Notes: generated from the sequence alone by a model not told the origin. A DNA stretch of 64,000 nt from Acidobacteriota bacterium (GCA_025363775.1 JANYLG010000158.1:112-64111), one strand, 5' to 3'; counted from the first letter of the stretch, positions 1 to 8,896 are shown. Program-made: numbers and translations.

Positions 1-396
1 CTGAAGATGAAGGTCGCGATGGGCGGCGGCGCCCCCGGGCAGCCAGACGATGACACGGTGGACGCCGGCGGTGTGAAGATGGTGGCGCGGCGGGTCGCAG
101 GGCTCGACAAGTCCGCGCTCGGGTCTCTGGCAGACACGCTCAAGAACAAGCTCCATAGCGGCGTCGTGGTGCTGGCGTCCGAGAACGAGGGGCGTGTGTC
201 GATCGTCGTGTCGGTGACGAAGGACCTCGTTCCCCGCATCCACGCCGGCCACATCGTCAAGAAGATCGCCCCGACCGTGGGCGGCGGCGGAGGCGGACGG
301 CCGGATTTTGCGGAAGCCGGCGGGAAGAACCCGGCCGGGATCGACCAGATGCTCGAGGAATCGCGCAAGGTTGTCGCCGAGATGGCGAAGGTATAG
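1..396 (+). CDS. alaS: alanyl-tRNA synthetase, C-terminal fragment (5' end lies outside window)
   Basis: Frame is open to the window edge. It carries the C-terminal DHHA1-type motif TVGGGGGGRPDFAEAGGKNP typical of AlaRS. Confidence 0.75.
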   Translation: MKMKVAMGGGAPGQPDDDTVDAGGVKMVARRVAGLDKSALGSLADTLKNKLHSGVVVLASENEGRVSIVVSVTKDLVPRIHAGHIVKKIAPTVGGGGGGRPDFAEAGGKNPAGIDQMLEESRKVVAEMAKV

Positions 397-422
397 GCGC
401 CTGAAGCCGAAAGGATGCTGCC

Positions 423-1496
423 ATGGGTGTGTTCGATTTCATCAAGGGCGAGCTGATCGATGTCATCGAGTGGACCGATGACTCGCGGGACACGCTGTCG
501 TACCGCTACCCCGACGACGACAAGGCGATCAAGAACGGTGCGCAGCTGATCGTCCGCGAGTCGCAGATCGCGCAGTTCATGTACCTGGGCCAGTTCGGCG
601 ACACCTTCAGCCCCGGCAAGCACACGCTCACGACCGACAACATCCCGGTGCTGACGAAGCTGCAGTCGTGGAAGTACGGCTTCAACTCGCCGTTCAAGGC
701 CGACGTCTACTACATCGCCTCGCGGCTCTTCACCGGCAACAAGTGGGGCACGTCCAACCCCATCATGGTGCGCGACCAGGACTTCGGGATCGTGCGCATG
801 CGGGCGTTCGGCACCTTCGACTTCAAGATCATCGAGCCGAAGCTGTTCCTCAGGGAGGTCGCGGGCTCCGATCAGCACTTCCGACTCGACGAGTTCGCCG
901 AGACGATGAGGTCGCGCATCGTCAGCCTGTTCAGCGAGGCGCTGGCGTCGTCGCACGTGCCGGCACTGGACGTGGCCACGCGCTACACCGAGCTGGGCGA
1001 AGCGCTGCTCCCGCTGATCAACCCGGTGGTTGGTGGCAAGTACGGCCTCGAGATCACCAGCTTCATCGTCGAGAACGTGTCGGTGCCGCCGGAGGTCGAA
1101 CAGGCGATCGACAAGCGGTCGAGCATGGCCGCGGTCGGCAACCTGACCGACTTCGTGAAATACCAGATGGGCAAGGGCATGGAGACGGGGACGGCGGGCG
1201 GCGGCGGGATGGCCGCGGAGCTTGCCGTCGGCTTCGGGATCGCGCAGCAGATGATGCAGCAGGGCATGAGCCCGGCCCAGGCGGGTTCTGCGGCGGCGAA
1301 AGGAGCGGCCGAGGCTGCCATGGCACCGGCGGCTCCGTCAGTGGCGCTGCTCTCCCCTGCCGATGTCGCGAAGCAGCTGGGTGTCTCGGAAACCGATGTG
1401 ATGGCAATTATCGAGTCGGGCGAGCTCAAGGCGAAGAAGATTGGCGCCAGCTACCGGATCACGAAAGCGGCGCTCGACACGTACCTGGCCCAGTAG
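423..1496 (+). CDS. SPFH-domain protein (YdjI / COG4260-like) with Ala/Gly-rich linker and C-terminal excisionase-type HTH
   Basis: N-terminus MGVFDFIKGELIDVIEWTD...IVRESQIAQFMYLGQ resembles YdjI-type SPFH proteins. C-terminus LLSPADVAKQLGVSETDVMAIIESGELKAKKIGASYRI looks like an HTH_17/excisionase fold. AAAGGA lies upstream of the ATG. Confidence 0.7.
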   Translation: MGVFDFIKGELIDVIEWTDDSRDTLSYRYPDDDKAIKNGAQLIVRESQIAQFMYLGQFGDTFSPGKHTLTTDNIPVLTKLQSWKYGFNSPFKADVYYIASRLFTGNKWGTSNPIMVRDQDFGIVRMRAFGTFDFKIIEPKLFLREVAGSDQHFRLDEFAETMRSRIVSLFSEALASSHVPALDVATRYTELGEALLPLINPVVGGKYGLEITSFIVENVSVPPEVEQAIDKRSSMAAVGNLTDFVKYQMGKGMETGTAGGGGMAAELAVGFGIAQQMMQQGMSPAQAGSAAAKGAAEAAMAPAAPSVALLSPADVAKQLGVSETDVMAIIESGELKAKKIGASYRITKAALDTYLAQ

Positions 1497-1591
1497 CGGA
1501 CCGAGGCCGGCCTGCCGAAGGCGGAAAGGCGGGGGACGGCCTGCCCTGAGCGAGCGGAGCGAGTCGAAGGGAAGGCGGAGAGGCGGACCCG

Positions 1592-2686
1592 ATGACCCAG
1601 ATCGTCGCGCTCGAGAAGCACCCGTGCGCGGCGTGCGGTGCCCAGGCGGAATGGAATCCGTCGAAGCAGACGCTCGTCTGCCCGTTTTGTGGCACAGAGA
1701 CGCCGTACGTCGTAGACAAGGACACCGGGAAAATCCAGGAACTGGACCTGGTTGCTGCATTGCGGGCGCTCCCGGATGAGCAGCGCGGCTGGCAGACCGA
1801 GCGCCGCAGCGTGCAGTGCCAGAGCTGCAAGGCGGTCATGGTCTACGACCCGGAGCGGGTCGGGCAGAACTGTGAGTTCTGCGGCTGTCCCGCGCTCGTG
1901 GACTACCAGGAGATCAAGTCTCCGATTCGCCCCCAGAGCCTGCTCCCCTTCAAGATCACGCCGGCCCAGGTCCGCGACCGCATGCGCGCCTGGTACGCCG
2001 GCCGCTGGTTCGCCCCTGGCGCGCTGAAGAGCAAGGCCCTGGTCGATCAGATCAAGGGGATGTACATCCCGTACTGGACCTTCGACGCGCAGGCCGAGTG
2101 TCCGTGGCGGGCCGAGGCTGGCTACTACTATGACGTGCAGGAGGAATACCGGGACAACGAGGGAAAGAGCCAGGTCCGGCAGGCCCGGAAAGTCCGCTGG
2201 GAGCCGGCGAGCGGCCGAATCGACCACCTCTTCGACGACGAACCGGTGTCCGGCAGCCGGGGAATTGCCACGGGGCTGTTGAAGGGGATCGAGCCCTTCC
2301 CCACGAAAGAGCTGGTGCCGTACGACACCGCCTACCTCGCGGGCTACATCGTCGAGCACTACCAGGTGGTCCTGGTTGATGCGGCCAGGCAGGCTCGCGA
2401 AGACATGAACGCGGAACTCATGCAACTGTGCTCGCGCGAGGTCCCGGGGGACACGCAGCGACACCTCGAGATCTTCCCTGCCTATTCGGGGGAGACGTTC
2501 AAGCACATCCTCGTCCCGGTGTGGTTGTTGACCTACACCTACGGTCGCCGCGTGTTCCAGGTCGTGGCAAACGGCTACACGGGCACCATTGCCGGCCAAT
2601 ACCCGAAGAGCCCTTGGAAGATTGCGGCGGGGGTGGCCCTGATCGTCGTCCTTGTCGTCATCCTCCTGGTGCTCGGGCAGCGATAG
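1592..2686 (+). CDS. double zinc-ribbon protein with C-terminal transmembrane anchor
   Basis: Two CxxC...CxxC ribbons (CAACGAQ..CPFCG and CQSCKAV..CEFCGC). Hydrophobic tail IAAGVALIVVLVVILLVLG. Same strand, 95 nt downstream of the SPFH gene. Confidence 0.65.
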   Translation: MTQIVALEKHPCAACGAQAEWNPSKQTLVCPFCGTETPYVVDKDTGKIQELDLVAALRALPDEQRGWQTERRSVQCQSCKAVMVYDPERVGQNCEFCGCPALVDYQEIKSPIRPQSLLPFKITPAQVRDRMRAWYAGRWFAPGALKSKALVDQIKGMYIPYWTFDAQAECPWRAEAGYYYDVQEEYRDNEGKSQVRQARKVRWEPASGRIDHLFDDEPVSGSRGIATGLLKGIEPFPTKELVPYDTAYLAGYIVEHYQVVLVDAARQAREDMNAELMQLCSREVPGDTQRHLEIFPAYSGETFKHILVPVWLLTYTYGRRVFQVVANGYTGTIAGQYPKSPWKIAAGVALIVVLVVILLVLGQR

Positions 2687-2756
2687 GAGGAGAGAACCTC
2701 GCGCGGGCACCGAACGGGGTGCAGAAACCGGCCGAGATGCCGATAAACGATTTGAG

Positions 2757-3476
2757 GTGTTTCTTCTGCGCCGCGTCCTGATCGCCCTGTCCCTCGTCGC
2801 GACCGCTTCGGTCGCCGATGCGCAGATTTACACCTGGCGGGATGCGAGCGGGTCGCTGGTCTTGTCCGATCGCGCGCCGGCCGACCCCTCCACCGAGGTT
2901 CGCACCTTCAAGGTGCCCCACTCGACCGAACCGGTTCTCGTCACGAAGCCGACGTCCCGTGACTACCGCGACAGCTACGACGACCTGATCGTCGAGCAGG
3001 CGGGCGCAAAGGGGATCCGTCCGGATCTCGTGCGGGCGGTCGTCCAGGTCGAGTCGGGCTACAACCCACGCGCGGTGTCGCGGAGAGGGGCGATCGGCCT
3101 GATGCAACTGATGCCCTCGACGGCGGCCTACCTGGGTGTTCGCTCGCCGTTCGACCCGGCAGAAAATATCCGCGGAGGCACGACCTACCTCCGGCAGCTC
3201 CTCGATCGCTACGGCGAGAACGAGGAACTGGCCCTGGCCGCCTACAACGCCGGGCCGGAAGCGGTCGGCCGCTACGGCAACAAGGTCCCTCCCTACCGCG
3301 AGACCCGCGATTACGTCCGCAAGGTGAAGACGCAGACACCGGTCAAGACCGGACAGCCAACCAAGCCGGTGTACTACAAGACCACCGAGATCATCGACGG
3401 CCGCTCCGTGATCCGCTACTCCGACACCCCCCCAGCCTCCGGCGCCTACGAAATCATCGACCCGGCCGGGTACTAA
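2757..3476 (+). CDS. lytic transglycosylase (DUF4124-like N-terminus plus SLT domain), secreted
   Basis: A GTG start at 2757 gives signal peptide VFLLRRVLIALSLVATASVADA. IYTWRDASGSLVLSD is DUF4124-like. VESGYNPRAVSRRGAIGLMQLMP...AAYNAGP is the SLT catalytic motif. Confidence 0.8.
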   Translation: MFLLRRVLIALSLVATASVADAQIYTWRDASGSLVLSDRAPADPSTEVRTFKVPHSTEPVLVTKPTSRDYRDSYDDLIVEQAGAKGIRPDLVRAVVQVESGYNPRAVSRRGAIGLMQLMPSTAAYLGVRSPFDPAENIRGGTTYLRQLLDRYGENEELALAAYNAGPEAVGRYGNKVPPYRETRDYVRKVKTQTPVKTGQPTKPVYYKTTEIIDGRSVIRYSDTPPASGAYEIIDPAGY

Positions 3477-3529
3477 ACGAGCGCGACCATCCGGCTTGCG
3501 ACCCTTCGACGCTGCTTGATTCCTACGCC

Positions 3530-3684
3530 CGCTCCCGCCGCAACGTGGTCGTCGTCGAGTTCGACCTTCGCGAGGTCGATTCACCGAGGCCGCGGAACGA
3601 AACCAGCAGGCCTTCGACGTCTTCGAACGGCTCACGACCCGTCACCCGTTCTACTGGGCCGGGTTCATGACGATCGGCAGATAG
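3530..3684 (+). pseudogene. possible degraded C-terminal remnant of a CHAT-domain-type protein (two frames, no start)
   Basis: Hand translation gives ..EAAERNQQAFDVFERLTTRHPFYWAGFMTIGR* ending at TAG 3682-3684. A second frame upstream reads RNVVVVEFDLREVDS. An in-frame stop at 3517-3519 leaves no start codon. Confidence 0.25.
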
Positions 3685-3695
3685 GCGGATTGCGG

Positions 3696-5396
3696 CTATT
3701 CGGCAATCTCAATCTGGGCAGGGTCGGTCCGTTCGAGCACGCGGCCCAGCCACATCACGACGAGGCCCGCCTCGACGACGAGGATCGACGCGAGAAGCAT
3801 CGCCGCAGGCAGCAGGCCTGGCCAGCCGAGGAACAGGTAGAGCACGTAGCCCAGGCCGCCTGCGACCGCTGATGCGGGCAGGATGCCGACGCCCAGCGCG
3901 AGCAGCGTGCCGGCGAACATGAGCATGTTCTGCCCCATCGCCTCAATGCCTCGCGCCCTCGCGCTGCCAGTGGCGATCCAGCCCGGAAACAGAACGACGG
4001 CGGCGTTCTGGATGATCACCTGCCCGGCAATCAGCATGGGCGCCAGGAGTCCAACCGAGACGAGCAGGGCCGCTCGGCCGACGGCATCGATCGGACCGTC
4101 CTTCCACGCCGGCGAGAGCGCGAGCGTGACGGCGAGCAGGAACCAGACGATCGCCGACAGCAGGAAGATTGGCGCCAGCAGTTCACCGACCAGCAGCTCC
4201 CGGCCCGATATCGGCCACGTCTTCAGCACCGGCAGTCTCTGGAGATCGTGCCGCAGGTCGTTCCGGATCATGAAAGGGCCGACCACTGTCGCGAAGACGG
4301 TCAGCATCAACAGCAGCGGCGCCAGTGAGCCGCCCTTGCTGTTCAGGCCGAACACGACGGCCATGACCACGACCGGGATCAACACGCGCACCACGAGCCT
4401 CAGCGAGACGTAGCGGCCCAGCAGGATGGTGTTCTTCCAGAGGATGGCCGTCTCCACCCGGCCTCGCGCGGCCAGCGAGAACGGCGCGGGCCGCACGACG
4501 GGCGCCGCCGCGGAGCGCCCCTGCGCCTGTCGCTGTTCCGCGGCGGACGCCGCGTCTTCCAGATTGGCGTCGGACCACAGCACCCATACGTAGTTGAAAA
4601 CGAGCACGACGAGCGCCGGGCCGAGGGCGCGCGCGAAGGCGGACGGGGTCGCGGCGAAGATCGGCGCCAGCACCATTCTGAACGGCCACAGCGCGAAGGA
4701 GGCCGCGCCCACGCGGCCGAGTTCGACGATGCCGACAATGGCCTCGTTCAGCGGCCGGGACACGAGGGCGCTCGCATGCACCAGGTAGGTGCCACACAGC
4801 AGCCCGGAGACGACGATCATCAGCGTAGCCGAGGCCCAGGCGAGCCACGGCACGCGCGACGCCGGCGCCCGGAAACTGGACTTCGTCAGGTTCGCGCCCA
4901 GTACGTGGAGGAAGATGACGGCGAACAGCAGCCACCCGCCGAGCAGCAGCGACCATCGCCCGGCGACGGCCGCCCGGGCCGCACCGGTAAATAGCGACGC
5001 GATGAGGACGCTGAACAGCAGCCCGACCTGCGACCGGAGCAACTTGTAGTTGAGGAGCTGCCGGCGCGTCAGCGGCGCCGCGAAGAAGAACTGCACTTCG
5101 GCGGCGGTGAACGTCCACGTCCTCGTCGCGAACGGCCACACCCAGACGAGCACGGCCACAACCCACAACAGGACAGCGCCGCCGACGACGATGTCCGGCG
5201 CAAAGGACGTCAGCCACGTCAGGTCCGGTCTGCCGCGGCCTGGCGCCCGCATTTGGTTGCGCACGACGAACCAGTACAGATACAGGAGGCCGACGACGAG
5301 GCCGGCGAGGTAGCGCGGCTCCCGCAACCGGCGCAGCCGGCGCCGCAGGCGGTTCTTCAGCGAACAGGCGGTGAGATAGAGGAAGGCGTGGGTCAC
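3696..5396 (-). CDS. multi-pass membrane protein, probable permease of the adjacent ABC ATPase (putative ABC exporter family)
   Basis: GTG at 5396-5394 overlaps the TGA of the ATPase (GTGA). N-terminus VTHAFLYLTACSLKNRLRRRLRRLREPRYL is followed by many hydrophobic segments. Confidence 0.7.
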   Translation of the reverse strand: MTHAFLYLTACSLKNRLRRRLRRLREPRYLAGLVVGLLYLYWFVVRNQMRAPGRGRPDLTWLTSFAPDIVVGGAVLLWVVAVLVWVWPFATRTWTFTAAEVQFFFAAPLTRRQLLNYKLLRSQVGLLFSVLIASLFTGAARAAVAGRWSLLLGGWLLFAVIFLHVLGANLTKSSFRAPASRVPWLAWASATLMIVVSGLLCGTYLVHASALVSRPLNEAIVGIVELGRVGAASFALWPFRMVLAPIFAATPSAFARALGPALVVLVFNYVWVLWSDANLEDAASAAEQRQAQGRSAAAPVVRPAPFSLAARGRVETAILWKNTILLGRYVSLRLVVRVLIPVVVMAVVFGLNSKGGSLAPLLLMLTVFATVVGPFMIRNDLRHDLQRLPVLKTWPISGRELLVGELLAPIFLLSAIVWFLLAVTLALSPAWKDGPIDAVGRAALLVSVGLLAPMLIAGQVIIQNAAVVLFPGWIATGSARARGIEAMGQNMLMFAGTLLALGVGILPASAVAGGLGYVLYLFLGWPGLLPAAMLLASILVVEAGLVVMWLGRVLERTDPAQIEIAE

Positions 5397-6136
5397 GATG
5401 CCCGGTCGGTCTCGGCCTGCCCGGTCGCGCGAAGAAAGATCTGCTCGAGGTCGGACCCGGCAGCCGACAGGTCGGAGCGCGCGGCCAGTTCCTCGAGGCT
5501 GCCGTCGGCGATCTTCGTGCCCCGGTGAATGATGAGGATCCGGGTGCAGATTTCCTCGACCAGGTGCAGAAGGTGGGACGAGACCACGACGGCCGCCCCC
5601 GCGCGGGCGCGATCGACGATGGTCTGCTTCATCCGCCGGATGCCGAGGGGATCGAGGCCGGTCAGCGGCTCGTCGAAGAGCAACACCGGCGGGTCGTGCA
5701 GCAGCCCGCACGCGATCGCCAGCTTCTGCTTCATGCCGCGCGACAACTCGCCGGGCAGCGCGCCTTCCTTGCCCGACAGCTCCAGTTCCTCGAGTAGCCT
5801 CGGCACGCGGCCCGCGTAGTCGGCCACGCCGTAGAGCCGCGCGACGAGGTTCAGGTGCTCGCGAACGGTGAGGTACTCGAACAGCTGCGGCTCGTCCGGC
5901 ATGAACGCCAGGCGGCGCTTCGCTTCAACAGCGTCGGTCACGATGTCGCGGCCGTCGATGCGAACCGAGCCGGACGTGGGCGCCTGGATTCCGACCATGC
6001 ACTTGAGCGTGCTCGTCTTCCCCGCCCCGTTCGGGCCGATCAAGCCGATCACTTCGCCGCGGGAGACCGAGAACGACAACGCGTCCACAGCCTTCAGCGA
6101 GCCGTACATCTTGGTGAGTCCCTCGACGACAATCAT
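5393..6136 (-). CDS. ABC transporter ATP-binding protein
   Basis: MIVVEGLTKMYG..., Walker A GPNGAGKTS, signature LSRGMKQKL, Walker B LLFDEP. The ATG at 6136 was chosen over the long N-terminal extension in the ORF track. Confidence 0.9.
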   Translation of the reverse strand: MIVVEGLTKMYGSLKAVDALSFSVSRGEVIGLIGPNGAGKTSTLKCMVGIQAPTSGSVRIDGRDIVTDAVEAKRRLAFMPDEPQLFEYLTVREHLNLVARLYGVADYAGRVPRLLEELELSGKEGALPGELSRGMKQKLAIACGLLHDPPVLLFDEPLTGLDPLGIRRMKQTIVDRARAGAAVVVSSHLLHLVEEICTRILIIHRGTKIADGSLEELAARSDLSAAGSDLEQIFLRATGQAETDRAS

Positions 6137-6152
6137 GCGGGTCGTGGGCGCC

Positions 6153-6878
6153 TTACCACGTCGTGAGCTGGCCCGGATCTTCCATGGAGGCCGCCGCCCA
6201 CCGGGTCGTCGCGGTCTGGAGAACGGCCTGGCTGGGTCGCGCATCGGGACGGTAGCGGTCGAGCCCGTCGTTCGCGACGGCGTCGAGCATCGTCCTCGGC
6301 ATCGACAGCAGGCCGCTGACCACCCACGGGCAATACCGGTCCGCCGCTTCCCGGGCGAGCAGCGTGCGGGCGGCGTCCGCCGAAAGCGACTCGCGGTAGG
6401 CGCGCGGGCTGGTGAGGGCGTCGAACGCGTCCATGACGCTGACGATGCGAACCGTCCAGGGGATGACGTTTCCGTCGAGACCGTCCGGGTAGCCGCTGCA
6501 GTTGTTGCGCTCGTGGTGATAGAGGATGATGTCGAGGATCCCGGAAGCGAAGCCGAGGTGCTCGGCCATGTCGAAGCCGTGTTCAGGGTGGTTCTGCAGC
6601 GCCCGCCACTCATGTTCGGTCAAACGTCCCGGCTTCGAGAGGATGTGAGCCGGAACGAGCAACTTGCCGACATCGTGAAGCAAACTGCCGACGCGGATGG
6701 TCTCGACCATCTCCTCGGGCAGGCCGTATTGCGCGGCCAGGTGGACGCCGTAAGCGGATACGCGGCGGCAGTGCGATGCCACCGCCGGCCGTTTTGCGTC
6801 CAGGGTCTCGAGAATCGCGTTGACGTCGCGGGCCTGCGGGGGGATGGGCACAAAGGGATTCCTCTCCGGGTTTGCCAC
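6153..6878 (-). CDS. HD-GYP domain phosphodiesterase-like protein
   Basis: Motifs HDVGKLLVP, HPEHG and HHERNNCSGYPDGL (HD...HHE..GYP). Confidence 0.85.
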   Translation of the reverse strand: MANPERNPFVPIPPQARDVNAILETLDAKRPAVASHCRRVSAYGVHLAAQYGLPEEMVETIRVGSLLHDVGKLLVPAHILSKPGRLTEHEWRALQNHPEHGFDMAEHLGFASGILDIILYHHERNNCSGYPDGLDGNVIPWTVRIVSVMDAFDALTSPRAYRESLSADAARTLLAREAADRYCPWVVSGLLSMPRTMLDAVANDGLDRYRPDARPSQAVLQTATTRWAAASMEDPGQLTTW

Positions 6879-7035
6879 CGGGACACCTGTCTCCAGGTGA
6901 TATCTCGGCCGTTACCGGGCGGAACAGTAGAGCCGCCTCTCTTGCGGCTGGATGTCCCGTCAACCTGTGCTATCATACAAGATTGTCGCCGGGCCGGTTG
7001 GCCAGGCAGACCAGTGTTCAGAGGGGAAGACAAAC

Positions 7036-7311
7036 GTGGCCAGTCACGAATCCGCACTGAAGGCGCACCGCCAGAGCGTGGTCCGCCGGGAAAAGAACCG
7101 CCAGTTCCGTTCGAAGCTTCGTAGCGCGCTCAAGACGATTCGCGCCGCGGTTGGCGCGAACGAAATCGAGAAGGCCAAGGGCCAGCTGTCCGAGACGTCA
7201 TCGCTCATCGACAAGATGGCGACCAAGGGCATCATCCACGACAACGCCGCCGCCCGGTACAAGTCGCGGATTCAGCTCTCCTTGAACAAGGCGTCAACAC
7301 CGGCCGCGTAA
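7036..7311 (+). CDS. rpsT: 30S ribosomal protein S20
   Basis: VASHESALKAHRQSVVRREKNRQFRSKLRSALK...KGIIHDNAAARYKSR. GTG start at 7036 is preceded by GAGGGGAAG. Confidence 0.9.
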   Translation: MASHESALKAHRQSVVRREKNRQFRSKLRSALKTIRAAVGANEIEKAKGQLSETSSLIDKMATKGIIHDNAAARYKSRIQLSLNKASTPAA

Positions 7312-7355
7312 CTGCTGCCGCCAGGCGGCGCGAAGGGCGGGTCGTGGCCACAAAG

Positions 7356-7373
7356 AACGCGGGCTTCCGCGTT
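7356..7373. terminator. hairpin AACGCGG-GCTT-CCGCGTT between convergent rpsT and holA
   Basis: Perfect 7-bp stem read from the sequence. On the minus strand it is followed by CTTTGTGG. There is no T-run on the plus strand. Confidence 0.35.
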
Positions 7374-7383
7374 GCCAGCCGCC

Positions 7384-8343
7384 CTATTGCCGCCCGGTCC
7401 CGCACAACTCCACGATCAGCCGTTCGAGCAGCACGCGAGGATCGCCGCCTGAGGTTTTCAGCGCGAGGTCCGTCCTCAGCAGCGCGTCGACGGCGCCTGG
7501 CAGGTCCCTGGCGGCGACCGTCCGCTCGGCCACCGAGCGCAGCAAGCCGAGGATCATGAACGGCACCGCGCCCTCGCCCAGCTCCAGCTCCAGTTCCTTC
7601 AGCGATGCCGCCGCGTGGCGATTGGCCACCTCGGCCCAGAGTTTCTTCCCACCCGCGGAGGCCGCGCGCCCGGAGACCTCCTGGACGTGTTCCCTGGTAA
7701 TCGTCTTGCGCCCCGCCGCGTAGAGCAGGACGCGTTCGACATCCGACCGCAGCCTGGCGACATCGGCCCCCGCCATCTGGCGCAGCAACTCGGCGGCGTC
7801 GCGGTCGAACCGCACCCCATGCTCAGTCTCGAGCGCCCTGACGACGTCGGCGGAGGCCTCGCACGTGACAACAGCCGCCTGATTGGCGAGCGGGTCGAAC
7901 GTGCGCTGGAGGCCGAGACCAATGAGCGCCACCACCGCGTGCGCGTGCGGTCGCTTTGCGTACTCCTTGAGGAGGGCCAGTTGCGACGACTTGCTCCCCC
8001 CCTCGGCAGGCTCGGCTCCCTCGTCGCCCTCCTCGGCCTCGGCCGACCGTCCCTTCCGCCCGGCCAGTGCGCGTTCGGCCTGCAGCAGGATCGCCACGCG
8101 CCGCGGCGCCAGCAGCGGCAACGTGCTGGCCGCGTCCAGGACCGCGGCCACGGTCGTCCCAGCGTCGGTCCCGTAGAAACGCTGCACGTTGAAGGCCCTG
8201 AGGTCCTCCTCCACCAACTCGGCGAGCGCCGTGCCGAGCGCGCTCATCTCCGACTCGTCGTCGCCGGTGATGAGATAGAGCGGTTCGGGTGTCCCCTCGG
8301 CGATCTGTTTCCGGACGGCGGCAGGAGAGAAGTGGCCCGGCAT
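7384..8343 (-). CDS. holA: DNA polymerase III delta subunit
   Basis: PEPLYLITGDDESEM...RAFNVQRFYG pattern. Conserved leuS-lptE-holA synteny. The ATG at 8343 lies just after the lptE stop. Confidence 0.8.
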   Translation of the reverse strand: MPGHFSPAAVRKQIAEGTPEPLYLITGDDESEMSALGTALAELVEEDLRAFNVQRFYGTDAGTTVAAVLDAASTLPLLAPRRVAILLQAERALAGRKGRSAEAEEGDEGAEPAEGGSKSSQLALLKEYAKRPHAHAVVALIGLGLQRTFDPLANQAAVVTCEASADVVRALETEHGVRFDRDAAELLRQMAGADVARLRSDVERVLLYAAGRKTITREHVQEVSGRAASAGGKKLWAEVANRHAAASLKELELELGEGAVPFMILGLLRSVAERTVAARDLPGAVDALLRTDLALKTSGGDPRVLLERLIVELCGTGRQ

Positions 8344-8347
8344 GGCG

Positions 8348-8896
8348 TCAGAACGCTTCGAGAATCGCGGTGACGACCGACCGCGCGAAGTCGGTCGCCA
8401 TGCGATCGACGGCGTTCGACGGCTGGCCGAAGAAGGCGGCCGCGTCGAGAACGCCGCCACCGCTGGTCAACTGGTACTCCTCGCGGAAGACCTGGCTGGG
8501 GTTCTGCCACAGCACCTTGTTGTCGGACGCCTGGATGAACTGGATGCCGAGCGACACGGTGATCAGGTAACGGGTGGCCTGCTGGCTCTGGTTGAAGCCG
8601 GTCGGCGTCAGCGTGATGCTGTTGATCTGCGCCTTCAGGATCGCGTCCACGTTCGAGTCCTGCGGAAGCACCTTGTACTTGCCGCGGCCGATGAACTCGG
8701 AGCGCACGCGCTGCGTGAGGACCTGTCCGACCTCGAAGTAGGGCGTCCGGTTGTCGAAGTCCGGGATGCCGATCGTCTTGATCGTCTCCGGCAGAAACGA
8801 GCCGCGCCCGGCCAGCGTGTAGCCGCAGGACGTGGACACCAGGGCGGCCAGGACGACGGCAGGCACGAGAATGTTTCGGACCACGGGGACTCCCAT
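8348..8896 (-). CDS. lptE: LPS-assembly lipoprotein LptE
   Basis: Signal peptide MGVPVVRNILVPAVVLAALVSTSC followed by CGYTLAGRGSFLP. Position between leuS and holA. An alternative ATG at 8980 (ATGA overlap with the leuS stop) would translate the heptad array. Confidence 0.75.
   Translation of the reverse strand: MGVPVVRNILVPAVVLAALVSTSCGYTLAGRGSFLPETIKTIGIPDFDNRTPYFEVGQVLTQRVRSEFIGRGKYKVLPQDSNVDAILKAQINSITLTPTGFNQSQQATRYLITVSLGIQFIQASDNKVLWQNPSQVFREEYQLTSGGGVLDAAAFFGQPSNAVDRMATDFARSVVTAILEAF

Noticed and set aside
5393-6613. Long N-terminal extensions offered by the ORF track. Examples are the ABC ATPase to 6613, the permease to 5711, etfA to 16605, holA to 8460, the DUF374 gene to 13868, the desaturase to 54603, and the GT at 30004-31785.
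   Set aside because: The extensions are low-complexity Arg/Pro/Ser-rich sequence that overlaps the upstream gene in another frame. Internal ATG or GTG starts coincide with conserved N-termini and with stop/start junctions.
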